Below are positions 21,797-33,717 of a DNA stretch of 64,000 nucleotides, piece by piece. The notes below the pieces were generated by a model. That model saw only the letters and a list, made by a program, of their open reading frames with translations, searched no databases and had not been told where the DNA came from. The translations under genes and the position numbers were made by a program. The stretch's first letter is position 1, and every line of letters starts with the position of its first letter. The stretch is from an uncultured Nitrososphaerales archaeon (GTDB lineage: Archaea > Thermoproteota > Nitrososphaeria > Nitrososphaerales > Nitrososphaeraceae). The DNA is taken from assembly GCA_963709405.1 (NCBI GenBank), contig CAVPXM010000055.1, positions 352,001 through 416,000 on the forward strand, in the 5' to 3' direction.

Positions 21797-21820
21797 ATCA
21801 TGATATTTCCAGATGATGAT

Positions 21821-22514
21821 ATTCCTTTATCTGCTAGTGCATTCTCAACTTCGTTAGTACCTCTTTCTTTATTGTTGATATATTCTTCACTATTATTCTC
21901 GAATTCTCTTGCTTATTCTTTCAGTTCTAGTCTTTCTTGATGCAGAGTGTCTAGTAGAGCTGATTCTTCTCTGTATGATGTACGATATTGAACCAAAGTG
22001 GTATGTAAACCAAATATTTCTTTCTCTAGACTCTCCTTCTTAGATTGTAAGAATCTACTTCTCTTCGTAATCCTTCATACTTAGCCTGTACACTAGGCAA
22101 ATCATTATTGGCAATTTCAAGGAGTCTTTTGACATGCTTTAGGTCCATACCTGCAGCTTTGATCAATCTGTAGAGTTCTACGAAGGTCCAAATATCCTCT
22201 TTAACATGTTCATGAACCTGGTAAAGACCATATAGTTGTTGTAGTTTCCAATATTGTTTATAGAATTCATGCACTTCGGGCTCCTTTAGACCTAATTTAA
22301 TAGCGACTTGTATTGGAGTTTTACCTTCTAAAAAAAGTTTGTAGGCCTGAGATGAATCAGACAATGATTGCACTGATCCAGATTTTTTCAGAATTGGTCC
22401 AATATCACGTAGAGATATTCGTACTTCCTTGGCTATTTCAGCGTAAGTCTTTCCTTGGTTATAATAAAGCTCTAAAACTAGATCTTCTTTTTCTTCTCTC
22501 GTCAAACCCATCAT
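21821..22514 (-). pseudogene. Double-HTH plus coiled-coil protein, disrupted and truncated
   Basis: GKTYAEIAKEVRISLRDI and GKTPIQVAIKLGL HTHs. Continues in another frame after ~22045 (LQSKKESLEKEI...) with an internal stop. Confidence 0.65.
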
Positions 22515-23935
22515 GTTTCTTATATTTAATATATGTAAGAGTGAATCTTAAAGGTTCTAAGACCTATTACCGTCATATCATCATTATTATCACCTACTTA
22601 CCTCTATTTTCTCTATTACCTCAGTTATTTTAGAATGCTCCGCAAGCAAGCTCTGAATATTTCTGATGCTGATGCATTAAATGGAGATTCCCGACCTTGG
22701 TATTGTGTTGGTTATTAGAGTTGACACTGGTCATTGGTCGTTCCACGTGAGAAACAAAGTACGATTTAGACGAACCTGGTTCATAGGATGCTACATTAGC
22801 GGCTAATACACTTCAAGTTGTTTGTCAGAGACTATGGAACGATCTGTAAGATACTCAACAGATGAATTCAGTATAAAATATTTGCATTCGCCTAAGTTCA
22901 GATGTAGATAAAGCATTAGAGGACTTTTATGAACAAGTATCTCGAGGCATAAAACAGACTGGACGTATCAGAGAATACTATTCGAAATTGGATTGAAGAC
23001 AGATCTAATCACCACTATCGGGACACGACGTATCGTATCAGGATGCCCGGAGACTGAAATTCTAAAAAGGTATTAGATATTTTAGAGAACAAGTATCGTA
23101 TCAGAAAATTATTCCGGTCAGGTGTTCTATGGTTGAATTCACATGATAGACTTAAACCGATTAAAGATTCTATTAGGGAATGGCATTACCGTGAGAAAAA
23201 AGCCAATAGAAAGCCATTTTATAAACATCTGCTTTTTAAGTCTAATTAAGATACTTGTTTTCCATTCCAGTCAACTTTGCTAATCAAGTAGTTTTGATAA
23301 ATGGAGCACCTGGAGTCGGCAAGAACTTCAATATCGCATGTAGTCGTAATCTTTACTGATATTGAAGCACCATTCGAGATTCCCTACATTCTCAGGTTCG
23401 TGTAAAACTATCGAGAAGGGCTAGAATCACCTCTCTGGTTAGTGATGTCTGCAATTCATAACATCTACGGTTTCAGTGAATTAAACGAACTTCTACTAGA
23501 AACAGCGGAAGCGTTCCGAACAATCCTGTTTAGTCTTGGCGATCCAACAAGGCTTGTCTTGAAACAAGGCTGTATATAATGTTTGTTTCATATGTCGAGA
23601 ATAATATTTACATTCGATATGTGGAGGTCTGCCGAAATAAAATATACAATTAAGCCATTTGGGATAGCATGTTCACCATACTGTATCAGACATATTTTAA
23701 AAATGCCCAGGGTACTCATTTCCTCTTTAATGTGTTCGTTCATGGGAAACTCCGACTCTGCCCTACTATTTGCATCTTCGTTGCGGTTTGTTTCAACCAT
23801 TAAACTAAATCCTCCTAAATTTTGAACCGTTATGGAAAAGCTGTCTCTTATTGAAACAGTCCCTAAAACCAAGACCGCTTCTTTGCCCATCTATTTTAGA
23901 CTTGTTCTGGTTTTCTGAATTCACTGATATTCCCT

Positions 23936-24331
23936 CTAGCTGATAGAGCATCTAACCTTGTCTTTTTCTATGCCTACGAATCTTCTTTTTAGCTTTAGTG
24001 CGGCTATTCCATTTGTGCCTACACCCATCATAGGGTCAAGAACAGCCTGATTTTCAACAGTTACACGTGAGATGATTTTTTCAGCTTCGATAAGACTTTG
24101 TTGCCATTTATGTAATATTTTGACAGGAGTTTCCGACTTTATGAGATCCTCTATAAGCTCTATTGTATTTTCTCTTTGTGGCCCTTTATAATACCACAAC
24201 ATGGGTTTCTGCTTTCTAACTATGCCCTTTTCATAATCTCTAGCAAATTTACTCTGTAGTTTGATATGTAAAGTGCAATTTTCTATTAATCCTGCATCAC
24301 CCTCTAGATACTCTACAAACTTACGGCGCAA
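23936..24331 (-). pseudogene. DNA N4/N6-methyltransferase C-terminal fragment
   Basis: HKWQQS...VLDPMMGVGTNGIAALKLKRRFVGIEKD is the SAM-binding motif I; no DPPY catalytic motif. Confidence 0.75.
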
Positions 24332-24576
24332 TACGTATTGCAGTCATACTTGCACTACCGGCATTTAGTACATTGTGCCAATATTGGTAATTCTGCTCAA
24401 CGAAGATCACATTCTGTATACGTTTGAATTTTCGCTTTCGCTTGAACAGTCTGCGAAATTGTCAATATCTCATCAACTATGTGCCGCTACGTTAATCCAA
24501 TAAAGACAGGTCAATCTCGAAGCCAAATCTGCAAATTGTTCACGATTGATCTACTTTTCGTTTACAGACAGATAAC

Positions 24577-25107
24577 CTAAGCTGTTCGCCAGGGGTAGCA
24601 AGTCCTGGCTCCGCCCATTTTTTCGTGATATCTTTGATGGTACTCTTCAGCCTTATAGAAATTAGATGCTGGAAGAACTTCTGTAAATACAATTCTCCCA
24701 TCTCCTTTAAGAGATTCTTGCACTTTCTCTTTAGATTGTATAGCAAGAATTTTTTGTTCTGGAGAATGATACCAGATTGCAGAGCGATATTGTGATCCTA
24801 TGTCTGGACCTTGTCTATTCTTGGTAGTAGGATCGTGGATTGTCCAGAATTTACCAAGTAGGTCCTGGTAAGAGATTTCATTTGAATCAAACTGAATCTC
24901 AACGGCCTCAGCATGACCAGTCTTATCAGTACAGACCTGCTTGTAGGTTGGTTTTTCTAGCCAGCCCCCGGTATAGCCGACCTGTGTGAACTTTACACCT
25001 CGAAGTTCCCTAAATGCCTCTTCAACACCCCAAAAGCATCCTGCTGCAAAAGTAGCCTTCTGTAATCTCACATTCGTAGAAGATGCTTTATCGATTTGTT
25101 CGCTCAT
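24577..25107 (-). CDS. msrA: Peptide-methionine (S)-S-oxide reductase
   Basis: AGCFWG, TGHAEAV, HDPTTKNRQGPDIGSQYRSAI and FYKAEEYHQRY motifs. Confidence 0.97.
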   Translation of the reverse strand: MSEQIDKASSTNVRLQKATFAAGCFWGVEEAFRELRGVKFTQVGYTGGWLEKPTYKQVCTDKTGHAEAVEIQFDSNEISYQDLLGKFWTIHDPTTKNRQGPDIGSQYRSAIWYHSPEQKILAIQSKEKVQESLKGDGRIVFTEVLPASNFYKAEEYHQRYHEKMGGARTCYPWRTA

Positions 25108-25416
25108 AATATATTATTTGATTTCGATTCCGCTAATATGCTTTTTTCCAAATCTCACCTAGATTGCCCTCTAATTAACGTTACAAATGGCTATGATAAA
25201 TTGTTCTAGTACAGGCGGAGGGTCATAATATTTGCATAGAATAATTGCGATAGAATCTGCATGTATATATATTGCAGAGGTTGACTGCTAGATTTAAGAC
25301 AATTTCGATTAACTGCACATATATTTCAAAAAATCGACTTGCTGAATACGAACATCTTAATCGTCGTAGAAAATTATCTAACATAATTATTTTTTGCGGA
25401 TGACATTCAACGTTAA

Positions 25417-25890
25417 TTATTTTCTGCAACACTTTCCGAGCGGAATGTCTAAGCCGTGCGGACACCTTCTTGGATGATTCAAGAGGGTGCACAGAGCATC
25501 AGTAAAGATTTTTTTCATATGATGTTCTATACCACATACCATTTCTTCATCAATCTCTATCTTGAGAGCATCTCTCATCATAACCTCAAGCAATCTCGTA
25601 TTTCGAATCATTTGCTTTCCAATCCTTTCACCTTTCGGTGTCATCCCCACCAAGTTTCCCTTATTGTAACTGACAAGATGCGTGTTATCCAATCTATGCA
25701 ACATCTGAACAACTGACGGTTGAGTTACATTAAGAAGCTTCGCGACGGAACTAACCTTTACTTTTTCTCCCTTTTCACGGATATACCAAATAGCCTTCAG
25801 GTACATTTCTATGTGCTCAGATTCAGCCGTTCCGATATACAGTTCTTCAGCCTCATCCTTATTTTCGTCTGTTTTGCTAGGAGTTGTCAT
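25417..25890 (-). CDS. DtxR/MntR family metal-dependent repressor
   Basis: EMYLKAIW, HTH, RLLE, IEHH and PRRCPHG motifs. Confidence 0.93.
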   Translation of the reverse strand: MTTPSKTDENKDEAEELYIGTAESEHIEMYLKAIWYIREKGEKVKVSSVAKLLNVTQPSVVQMLHRLDNTHLVSYNKGNLVGMTPKGERIGKQMIRNTRLLEVMMRDALKIEIDEEMVCGIEHHMKKIFTDALCTLLNHPRRCPHGLDIPLGKCCRK

Positions 25891-26049
25891 AACCTGTTTG
25901 TGTTATGGTGAGTTACGAATGATGTATTATTAACTTTATTATATTCTCTAGTAATTTATAACATCGTTATATTAACTAGTTGTTGTACTTACTGACATAG
26001 GTGACATTATAGCTTACAGACATGGGTTACACTTCTGTCGGGAAGTGAA

Positions 26050-26984
26050 TCCATATAGAAATCAGAATAAGGTTTAATCTAATACACGAAAAAGAATGGA
26101 CTGGTGATACCATATGTAATATTTGTAAGAGATATGGTGTATCCAGAAAGACTTACTACAAGTGGAATAATAGATACAAGCAGAAAGGGATAGAAGGCCT
26201 ATCAGATAACTCCAGAAGGCCTCATAAAATCAACTACAGGAAGGTAACACCAGAAGTAGAAGAGACTATACTTGATCTACGATTAACTAAGAGATTTGGA
26301 TGTAATAGGATCAAATTTCGACTAAAAAGAATCATTGGAATCTCATTAAGCACCCGAACTATATACAAGATACTAAAGACACATTGTCTTAATATCCTCA
26401 TGTGTAAGGCCAAAGCAAGAACTTACAAACGGTTTGTCATGAAGCATCCAAATGATATGGTGCAAGTGGATATCCTTGGCCCTTTCTATCTGAGTAATTC
26501 CAGTCAAAGGAATTACATCATTAGTTGCTTAGATGATTGTTCTAGGAAGGTAGCTAGCAAGTGGTCCGAAAGAAAGAGGTCAGTGGATGTTCTTAATGTA
26601 TTAGAGGACTGGATAATGATTAATGGTAAGCCTAAGATGATGATGCATGATAACGGTAAACAGTTTACATCCAGAATATTCAGACATTTCCTTATACATA
26701 ATCAGATAAAAGATAAGCAAATACCAAAATCATACCCGCAGTTACAGGGAAAAGTAGAAGCATATAACAAGATTGTAAAGAGTGAATTCATAGCATTAGA
26801 AGATATACCAAACATAGACGATGGTAAACAAAGATACGACATGTTTGTTAAAGCATATAACGAAACCAGAGAACATGGAGGCATAAATGGTCTTACTCCA
26901 TCGGAGATGTTCCTACAAAGGTTAATTACATCCAGTACACATACGAGAACTAAACAGAAAAGTGTAACCCATGTAGGTAATTGA
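26050..26984 (+). CDS. IS481-family transposase (HTH plus rve core)
   Basis: Frame open upstream of 26400 (ICKRYGVSRKTYYKW...GLSDNSRRPH); VQVD, LDDCSR, HDNGKQF and PQLQGKVE motifs; start region apparently shifted. Confidence 0.9.
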
Positions 26985-28165
26985 GGCTTGGGCATATTCC
27001 AGATCCATATTTTATGTCTATAATGAATTAGAATAAAGCTATCCTTTGAGTGTCTGAATTTGTGATGAAACATAATCAAACATTCCCAAAGGATAGCATA
27101 TGATGGTAGTAAATGTGAATCTATTCTTTTTAGTATTCTGTACTTGATAGGTTCGATACCGTGGTCAGAATCGCAAAAGGGAAGAAGGGGCAGACCATAT
27201 GTCTATTCTCCTACTGTAATTCTGAGATGTTTCATAGTTAGGCTATGGTTTAGACTGGATTCTAACAATGCATTACATGAATTCCTAGAATTGGATTATC
27301 CTTACAATAAGAAGAAGATAATGAAAAGATGTGGTCTTACCCAAATACCAGACAGGCGAACATTTGACAGACGACTTAAGACCATATCCATAGACATCAA
27401 AAAAAGGATTACTATCATGACCTGCATGTTTGTATGCGAAAAGATGATAGATCCATACATTGTTGCAATAGATAGTACTTTACTGAAAGCCAAAGGACAT
27501 GTTTGGCACAAATCATCTATGAACAAAGGTATAGTACCACGTTCTGGCATAGATACTGACGCAAGATGGGGATTCAGCCATGCTAAAGGATGGATATTTG
27601 GTTACAAACTACATATGATATCAAGTACTGGTTCCATCATAGTCCCATTAGGAGCAGATTTTACAACTGCTAATGTACAAGATAATCAAATGTACAATCC
27701 GATGATATCAACATCATCATCATCTCTGTCTCCAGAAACATGTTTCATGATAGGCGATTCTGGGTATGACGACCATAAACTATATGACTTGAGTACTAAA
27801 AGAGGATTTGAACTGGTATGTCCAGTACAAAGATATGAACATACCCCTACTGACAGACTTGAGCTGATACAATTCTATGAATCTGAGTTAGGACAGGCTA
27901 TTTACTCTTGGAGAAGTAAATCGATAGAACCACTAATAGAACATATTAAATCTGTTTTTAGAATAGACCCATTACCAGTAAGAGGCTACCAGAAGGCTGC
28001 TGGAACAGGACTTCTGTCAGTACTACTACTATATCAGATCCTTGTCTACTACAATTATAAAACCAGACGTAGTCAACGACCAAAATCAATCAAACACATG
28101 TTATGTAGTTAATATGTTACTAAATAATATATGAAAAATATAGAATTCAATTATGTCCAAGCCTC
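26983..28165 (+). mobile_element. IS5/IS4-superfamily (DDE_Tnp_1) element with 14-bp TIRs and 8-bp TSD
   Basis: GAGGCTTGGGCATA at 26983 and TATGTCCAAGCCTC ending at 28165; TSD AGGTAATT at 26975-26982 and 28166-28173. Confidence 0.92.
27144..28112 (+). CDS. DDE transposase
   Basis: RGRP, AIDSTLL, DTDARWG...GYKLH, GDSGYD and R..IEPL motifs. Confidence 0.92.
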   Translation: MIGSIPWSESQKGRRGRPYVYSPTVILRCFIVRLWFRLDSNNALHEFLELDYPYNKKKIMKRCGLTQIPDRRTFDRRLKTISIDIKKRITIMTCMFVCEKMIDPYIVAIDSTLLKAKGHVWHKSSMNKGIVPRSGIDTDARWGFSHAKGWIFGYKLHMISSTGSIIVPLGADFTTANVQDNQMYNPMISTSSSSLSPETCFMIGDSGYDDHKLYDLSTKRGFELVCPVQRYEHTPTDRLELIQFYESELGQAIYSWRSKSIEPLIEHIKSVFRIDPLPVRGYQKAAGTGLLSVLLLYQILVYYNYKTRRSQRPKSIKHMLCS

Positions 28166-28936
28166 AGGTAATTAGAAATGTAACCTATCCGTGCAGGTAC
28201 AACAACTAGTAATGTAGTTCTCAGACTGTCATAGGAGTACTATAATCCCTGAGGCCCTGTTTTTAGACCTTATAGAATCCTGCAAGTATCAGTTCTGGTC
28301 TAGTACGAAGAAATAACATATCATAAGTGAATTGTGATATTCAATGTCAATAAGACGAATGGATTAGGACCTTCGGACGGCGATCTAAGGAACTCACAAG
28401 ACAACTGATTGATAACTGTGATTATTTCAATACTCAGGAATCTGAGCTAATTCTTATTCTTCCCGCTAAATTAAGAAAATCCTGGTATGCTACGAACTTG
28501 AGCATAAAATAATTCAATTCCATCATACATGTTGGTGGATCATGCGAAATGCTTAACTTTAATTGTTTACAAATCATTCATTCTTCATAGGTCATTGTCC
28601 CAACATTGAGCTAACTCGACCTACTTAGGAACAATGAAGTTCTGACTAGCTTGCTTATAACAAGTTTTAGTGACAGGTATCGAATTTTTCTCAATCTTTT
28701 TCAAATATCATTGTTTGAGATTGTATCACTTTTAATAGTTCCAACTCTTTCAGGTAACAAACTAACATTTATGGTAGGGTTAGTACTACGCACTAGAATC
28801 ATCTCACATTAGGTTTGAGTGATGACTATACCATGGATGCGCCTTATGACCAGCCCAATGTATTGATATTAATCCTCTTCCGTTTGAACAGATTGTGTTA
28901 AAAGTAATATGTATCTAGTCACAATAATATTGAGAT

Positions 28937-30004
28937 TTGAGAAGAGACAAGATAACTTACAAAAGTACTGGTATTGACATTAATAAGATACACAGAGTTC
29001 AAAACTCCATCGGAAAAATAGTATCATTATCTCATTCATTCCTAACTTACGGCAAAGTAATATCAGGATTTGGGCATTATGCTGGACTAATAGAATTTGA
29101 TAATAAGATCTTTGCCCTGCATACTGATGGGGTAGGAACAAAAATAATTGTTTCTCAAATGATGGATCGTTTTGACACCGTTGGGATAGATTGTATCGCA
29201 ATGAATGTAAATGATATTATTTGCGTTGGCGCGGTACCTGGTGGATTTGTTGACTATATTGCTGTAAGAATTCCAGACTCCACACTTCTCAGAAACATTA
29301 CTATCGGTCTTGTAAAGGGCGCGAAGGAAGCTAATGTGCCAATCATCGGTGGAGAAACAGCAGTTGTTCCCGATCTTTTAGCAGACAACAATAACGCAAA
29401 AACATTTGATTTAGTTGGTATGGCGTTTGGAGTTGTTCAAAATAAAAATGAGTTGATATTGGGCAATAAAATTAGGAAAGGAGATGCTATCTTGGGTATA
29501 GAAAGCAGCGGGCTTCATTCAAATGGGTATACGCTCGCACGAAAGGTTCTCCTATCAAGACACTCTATCAATCACTTCATGAACGACATGAATCAGACGA
29601 TCGGGGATATGATGCTTACACCTACGAGGATATATGTTCGTGCAATAATTGAATTAATCAAAAAAAATAAAACGCCTGTTCACGGTCTATTACACGTAAC
29701 CGGAGGATCATTTACGAAGTTCTCCAGGCTCAATAAGGCCGTGGATTATAAGCTCGACAACTTACCTGCACCGGCTGGCATATTCGATCTAATTCAGAGA
29801 GAGGGACATATTCAAACTAAGGAAATGTACAGAACCTTTAACATGGGAATCGGATATTGCATCGTACTTCCGCAATCTCATGTTGATAATGCCATTGACA
29901 TAATTGAAAAGCATGGAATGTGGTGCAGTCGTATTGGACACGTAGAGGGGCAAGGTACTGGCCAAGTTCAGGTTAGAGTGTTGGACAGAAATTTCACTCT
30001 ATAG
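28937..30004 (+). CDS. purM: Phosphoribosylformylglycinamidine cyclo-ligase
   Basis: TDGVGTK, DCIAMNVND, GGETA, SSGLHSNG, HVTGG and TFNMGIG motifs. Confidence 0.97.
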   Translation: MRRDKITYKSTGIDINKIHRVQNSIGKIVSLSHSFLTYGKVISGFGHYAGLIEFDNKIFALHTDGVGTKIIVSQMMDRFDTVGIDCIAMNVNDIICVGAVPGGFVDYIAVRIPDSTLLRNITIGLVKGAKEANVPIIGGETAVVPDLLADNNNAKTFDLVGMAFGVVQNKNELILGNKIRKGDAILGIESSGLHSNGYTLARKVLLSRHSINHFMNDMNQTIGDMMLTPTRIYVRAIIELIKKNKTPVHGLLHVTGGSFTKFSRLNKAVDYKLDNLPAPAGIFDLIQREGHIQTKEMYRTFNMGIGYCIVLPQSHVDNAIDIIEKHGMWCSRIGHVEGQGTGQVQVRVLDRNFTL

Positions 30005-30389
30005 CGTTATGAAATTCGTATCAAGCGCACTGATGAATGACTCTAAACATTAGATGAATAGCTGATTATCTAGTTCGCAAACTATTGTAGAATGCTCCAG
30101 ATACGGCAGCGCAGTACATTACCTGAATATTAGATGCAATTGAGTCCATTTTAGCATCTCTGATAGCTGCAGTTGGTCGCTATCTCATTCTGTCGGCTCC
30201 GAAGTAATTCACAAATGGCCACTATCGTATTAGATGGCATGGAAGGAAAAATGAACGGTAATCAACTGGACATAGTCAGTTATCTGCTAATTCGAGCGCT
30301 CGAATGAACAGATCTAGATCAAAAGATTGATCTACGATTAATTCGACAAACAAAAATTAATATTAATTGTGCCAACCAATTCTGCATAA

Positions 30390-32055
30390 TTGGAAACTAA
30401 AACGCAATCAAAAAACTCTTCAGATCCCAAGCCAGGTCAGTCAATGGCATATGTCCTGGCTTGTAACGAGATTGCCATGAAGATGGTCAAGAAGCCAAAC
30501 ATGACAATGCCTGAAATATTAAAGATATTAAGAGAAACATCATCTTCATATCATTTAAATTCATTACCAAAATATGAAAATATAATTCAATTCCTACCGT
30601 ATGACAGCAAGTATCGAAAAACTCTCATGGTCAGACCCATTAAAAGTGCGTCTGGAGTTGCCGTCATTGCGGTGATGCCAAAACCATATGAATGCCCGCA
30701 TGGACGCTGTATCTACTGTCCTGGTGGTGTCGAGTATAATACACCACTCAGTTACACTGGCTCTGAACCCTCTACTAGAATCGCGCAGAGGTCAAATTAT
30801 GACTCATTCGATCAGGTAGTGCATAAGTCTACATCAGTTAAAATCCCGAGGACATAGTATAAGCAAAATAGAGTTGGTCCTAGTTGGAGGAACGTTTCCG
30901 TTTTTGCCTGATGAATACCAACGCGAGTTTGTCAAAGGATGTTTTGATGCTCTGAATTCCTTTGAAAATAATTGTGATCCTTCAGGTGCTTCAAGTGGAC
31001 TTGACGAAGCAATGAAATCGAACGAAACAAGCGGATCGAGATGTGTAGGACTGACCGTTGAAACAAAGCCGGATTATTGTAAGCATAGGCAGGTCGAATT
31101 ACTTCTCGAACTTGGTGTTACTAGAGTAGAGATCGGGGTTCAGTCGCTGCGAGACAATGTTTACCGTAAGGTTAATCGCGGACACACATTAAAGGATGTA
31201 ATAGAGTCCTTCCAAATTGCAAGAGATGCTGGGTTCAAGATTGTGGCTCATATGATGCCAGGACTACCTTATTCTACTCCAGAAAATGACATTGCTGATT
31301 TCAAGACTCTGTTTTATGATCCCGCATTTAGGCCTGATATGGTCAAGGTTTATCCTACGCTTGTTTTGGAAGGTACTGGGCTATTCAATCTATATCAGTC
31401 TGGTAAATATAAGGCATATACTGACGAGGATATGTTAAAAATTTTGATTCAAGTAAAGAAGATAGTCCCTCCGTGGGTCAGGATTATGCGAATTCAACGA
31501 GAAATTGAGTCGAAAGACATACGAGGTGGGCCTAAAAGTGGAAACCTAAGACAAATTGCATCACAAGAATTAAAGAAGATTGGCTTAAAATGTAAATGCA
31601 TCCGGTGTAGAGAGGTTGGACTTCAAGACGGAAATCGATATTTGTCTAGAGACGAAGCGATTCTCAACAGACTTGATTATTCTGCATCTAATGGTCAAGA
31701 GGTTTTTCTGTCATTTGAAAATCAAGATAGGTCAATCATTCTAGGTTTTTTGCGTTTGCGGCATACTCGTAATCCTCACGTAAAAGCATTGCACACAAAT
31801 AACGATAATGGCGCAGCTGTCGTTAGAGAAATACATGTTTACGGACAGGCCATTGATGTGGGGCAAAAGACTGACTCTGATAAATACCAACATAAAGGGT
31901 TTGGACTCGGTCTGCTATGCGAAGCTGAGAGAATAGCCATGGATGAATTTGGCACCAAGAGATTGTCAGTCATAAGTGCGGTTGGTACAAGGGAATATTA
32001 TCGGAAATTTGGTTATATCCAAAATGGTCCGTACATGACTAAGGTGCTAAGCTGA
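30390..32055 (+). CDS. elp3: tRNA uridine(34) acetyltransferase Elp3 (radical SAM plus KAT), frameshifted in this sequence
   Basis: CPHGRCIYCPGG, ETKPD, REIHVYG and QHKGFG motifs; net +1 shift near 30825. Confidence 0.93.
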
Positions 32056-32059
32056 GAAC

Positions 32060-33685
32060 ATGAATGATGACGTAAAGATCCTCGGCAAAGGAACATGGAT
32101 TGATAAAATTGCATACAATCTTATCTCCAGGGAGAATAAATTAGGAAGGAATACTGATATCATACGGGTTGAAAGCGGATTAGGTGCATCTGGCATTCCA
32201 CATATAGGTAGTATGGGAGATGCCGTTCGGGCTTACGGTGTGACGCTTGCCCTTCAAAACCTCGGATACAAGAGTGAGCTTATCGCATATTCTGATGATA
32301 TGGATGGATTAAGGAAGATACCGAGCGGCTTTCCACACTCATTGCATAAAGAAATTACTAAGCCTGTCTCGGCGATCGCAGATCCATTTGGAGGCTGTCA
32401 TTCCTCATATGGTGCCCACATGAGTGGCCTGCTTCTTGAAGGACTTGACAAAGTTGGGATAAAGTACAAGTTTCAAAGTGGCACCATGGCTTACAAGAAT
32501 AACATGTTGACAAAACAAATCGATACCATATTGCAAAACAGTAATCGTCTTGGCATTGGAATACAACAAAGGATTGGACAGGACAAATATAACGAGGCCC
32601 TCCCTTATTTCCCTGTTTGTGAAAATTGCCATAGGCTGTACGTAGCAAGGGCTGAGAAATACTTCCCTCAAGATAAGAAAGTTTCATATTCATGTATGGA
32701 AACCCGAATAGGAAATGAAATAATTAAAGGGTGTGGATACTCGGGCGAATCAAGCATAAGTGGCGGAAATGGGAAGCTTGCTTGGAAAGTAGAATTTGCA
32801 GCTAGATGGCAGGCATTTGATATCCGATTTGAAGCTTACGGAAAAGACATTATGGATTCTGTAAAGATCAATGATTGGGTATCCAATGATATACTCGGAT
32901 ATTCTCACCCCATGCATCTGAGATATGAGATGTTCCTTGACAAGGTTGGAAAAAAAATAAGTAAATCTAAAGGGAACGTTCTCACACCTCAAATGTGGCT
33001 AAAATATGGAACTCCAGAATCCCTTTTGCTTTTGTTATATAAGCGAGTAACAGGAACCAGAAACGTTTCAGTGGATGATATACCTTCACTTATGGATGAG
33101 TATGATTTCTATGAGGATTTATATTTTGGCATTGCTAAAGAGGAAAATCTAATAAAACTTGCAAAAATCAAGGGCATCTATGATTATGTGAATCACTTAA
33201 AGCCTCCCTCTAACCCCTCAAAACATGTACCCTATAGGCTTTTGGTGCAGCAGGCATCATTGTTCTCCGCCGATGACGAGAGAATAGAAAAGGTTTATGG
33301 AAGGTTAGCAAAGTATGGTATTGCAGGTGAAAAAAATGATGTCTTGACAAAGAAGATACAGCTGACATCAAACTGGGCCGACGACAAAGGTCTACAGAAT
33401 AACATCAAATCAGAAATATATTTGACTGAGAGGGAAAAAAACGCCTTGAGAGAATTAGTTCAAACATTGAGAGGATTTGCTGGAAAGGAATATGAGCCTG
33501 ATTCTGCTAAAAATTTGCAATCGAGAATTTTTGATATTTCAAGAAGCAACGGAATCGGTACAAAGGAATTTTTTACGATACTTTATAGGATTCTAGTTGG
33601 CGCAGATAAAGGACCCAGGATTGGAAATTATGCCCTTGACTTGGGAATAGAGAGAACGTGCAGTTTAATTCAAACTTACTTGTGA
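32060..33685 (+). CDS. lysS: Class I lysyl-tRNA synthetase
   Basis: SGIPHIG, GKLAWKVEFAARW, KISKSKGN and GPRIG motifs. Confidence 0.97.
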   Translation: MNDDVKILGKGTWIDKIAYNLISRENKLGRNTDIIRVESGLGASGIPHIGSMGDAVRAYGVTLALQNLGYKSELIAYSDDMDGLRKIPSGFPHSLHKEITKPVSAIADPFGGCHSSYGAHMSGLLLEGLDKVGIKYKFQSGTMAYKNNMLTKQIDTILQNSNRLGIGIQQRIGQDKYNEALPYFPVCENCHRLYVARAEKYFPQDKKVSYSCMETRIGNEIIKGCGYSGESSISGGNGKLAWKVEFAARWQAFDIRFEAYGKDIMDSVKINDWVSNDILGYSHPMHLRYEMFLDKVGKKISKSKGNVLTPQMWLKYGTPESLLLLLYKRVTGTRNVSVDDIPSLMDEYDFYEDLYFGIAKEENLIKLAKIKGIYDYVNHLKPPSNPSKHVPYRLLVQQASLFSADDERIEKVYGRLAKYGIAGEKNDVLTKKIQLTSNWADDKGLQNNIKSEIYLTEREKNALRELVQTLRGFAGKEYEPDSAKNLQSRIFDISRSNGIGTKEFFTILYRILVGADKGPRIGNYALDLGIERTCSLIQTYL

Positions 33686-33717
33686 GTGGAAAGTGGTGTT
33701 GTTTATGAAGATATGGG

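Larger units (their letters stand above)
25981..28204 (+). mobile_element. IS481-family element (TGT...ACA ends, 6-bp TSD) carrying a nested IS
   Basis: Ends TGTTGTAC / GTACAACA; inner repeats ACATGGGTTACACTT / AAGTGTAACCCATGT; TSD ACTAGT at 25975-25980 and 28205-28210. Confidence 0.92.

Noticed and set aside
22930-23110. Repeated GTATC(GTATC)AG and GAACAAGTATC words
   Set aside because: Irregular spacing and short length; cannot be supported as an array.
23936-24331. Methylase plus HNH as a restriction-modification system
   Set aside because: Both are fragments and lie 20 kb apart.
30390-32055. Split elp3 and rps26e as programmed frameshifting or true pseudogenes
   Set aside because: No shared slippery motif, and similar shifts occur in a dozen unrelated genes; sequencing error is simpler.
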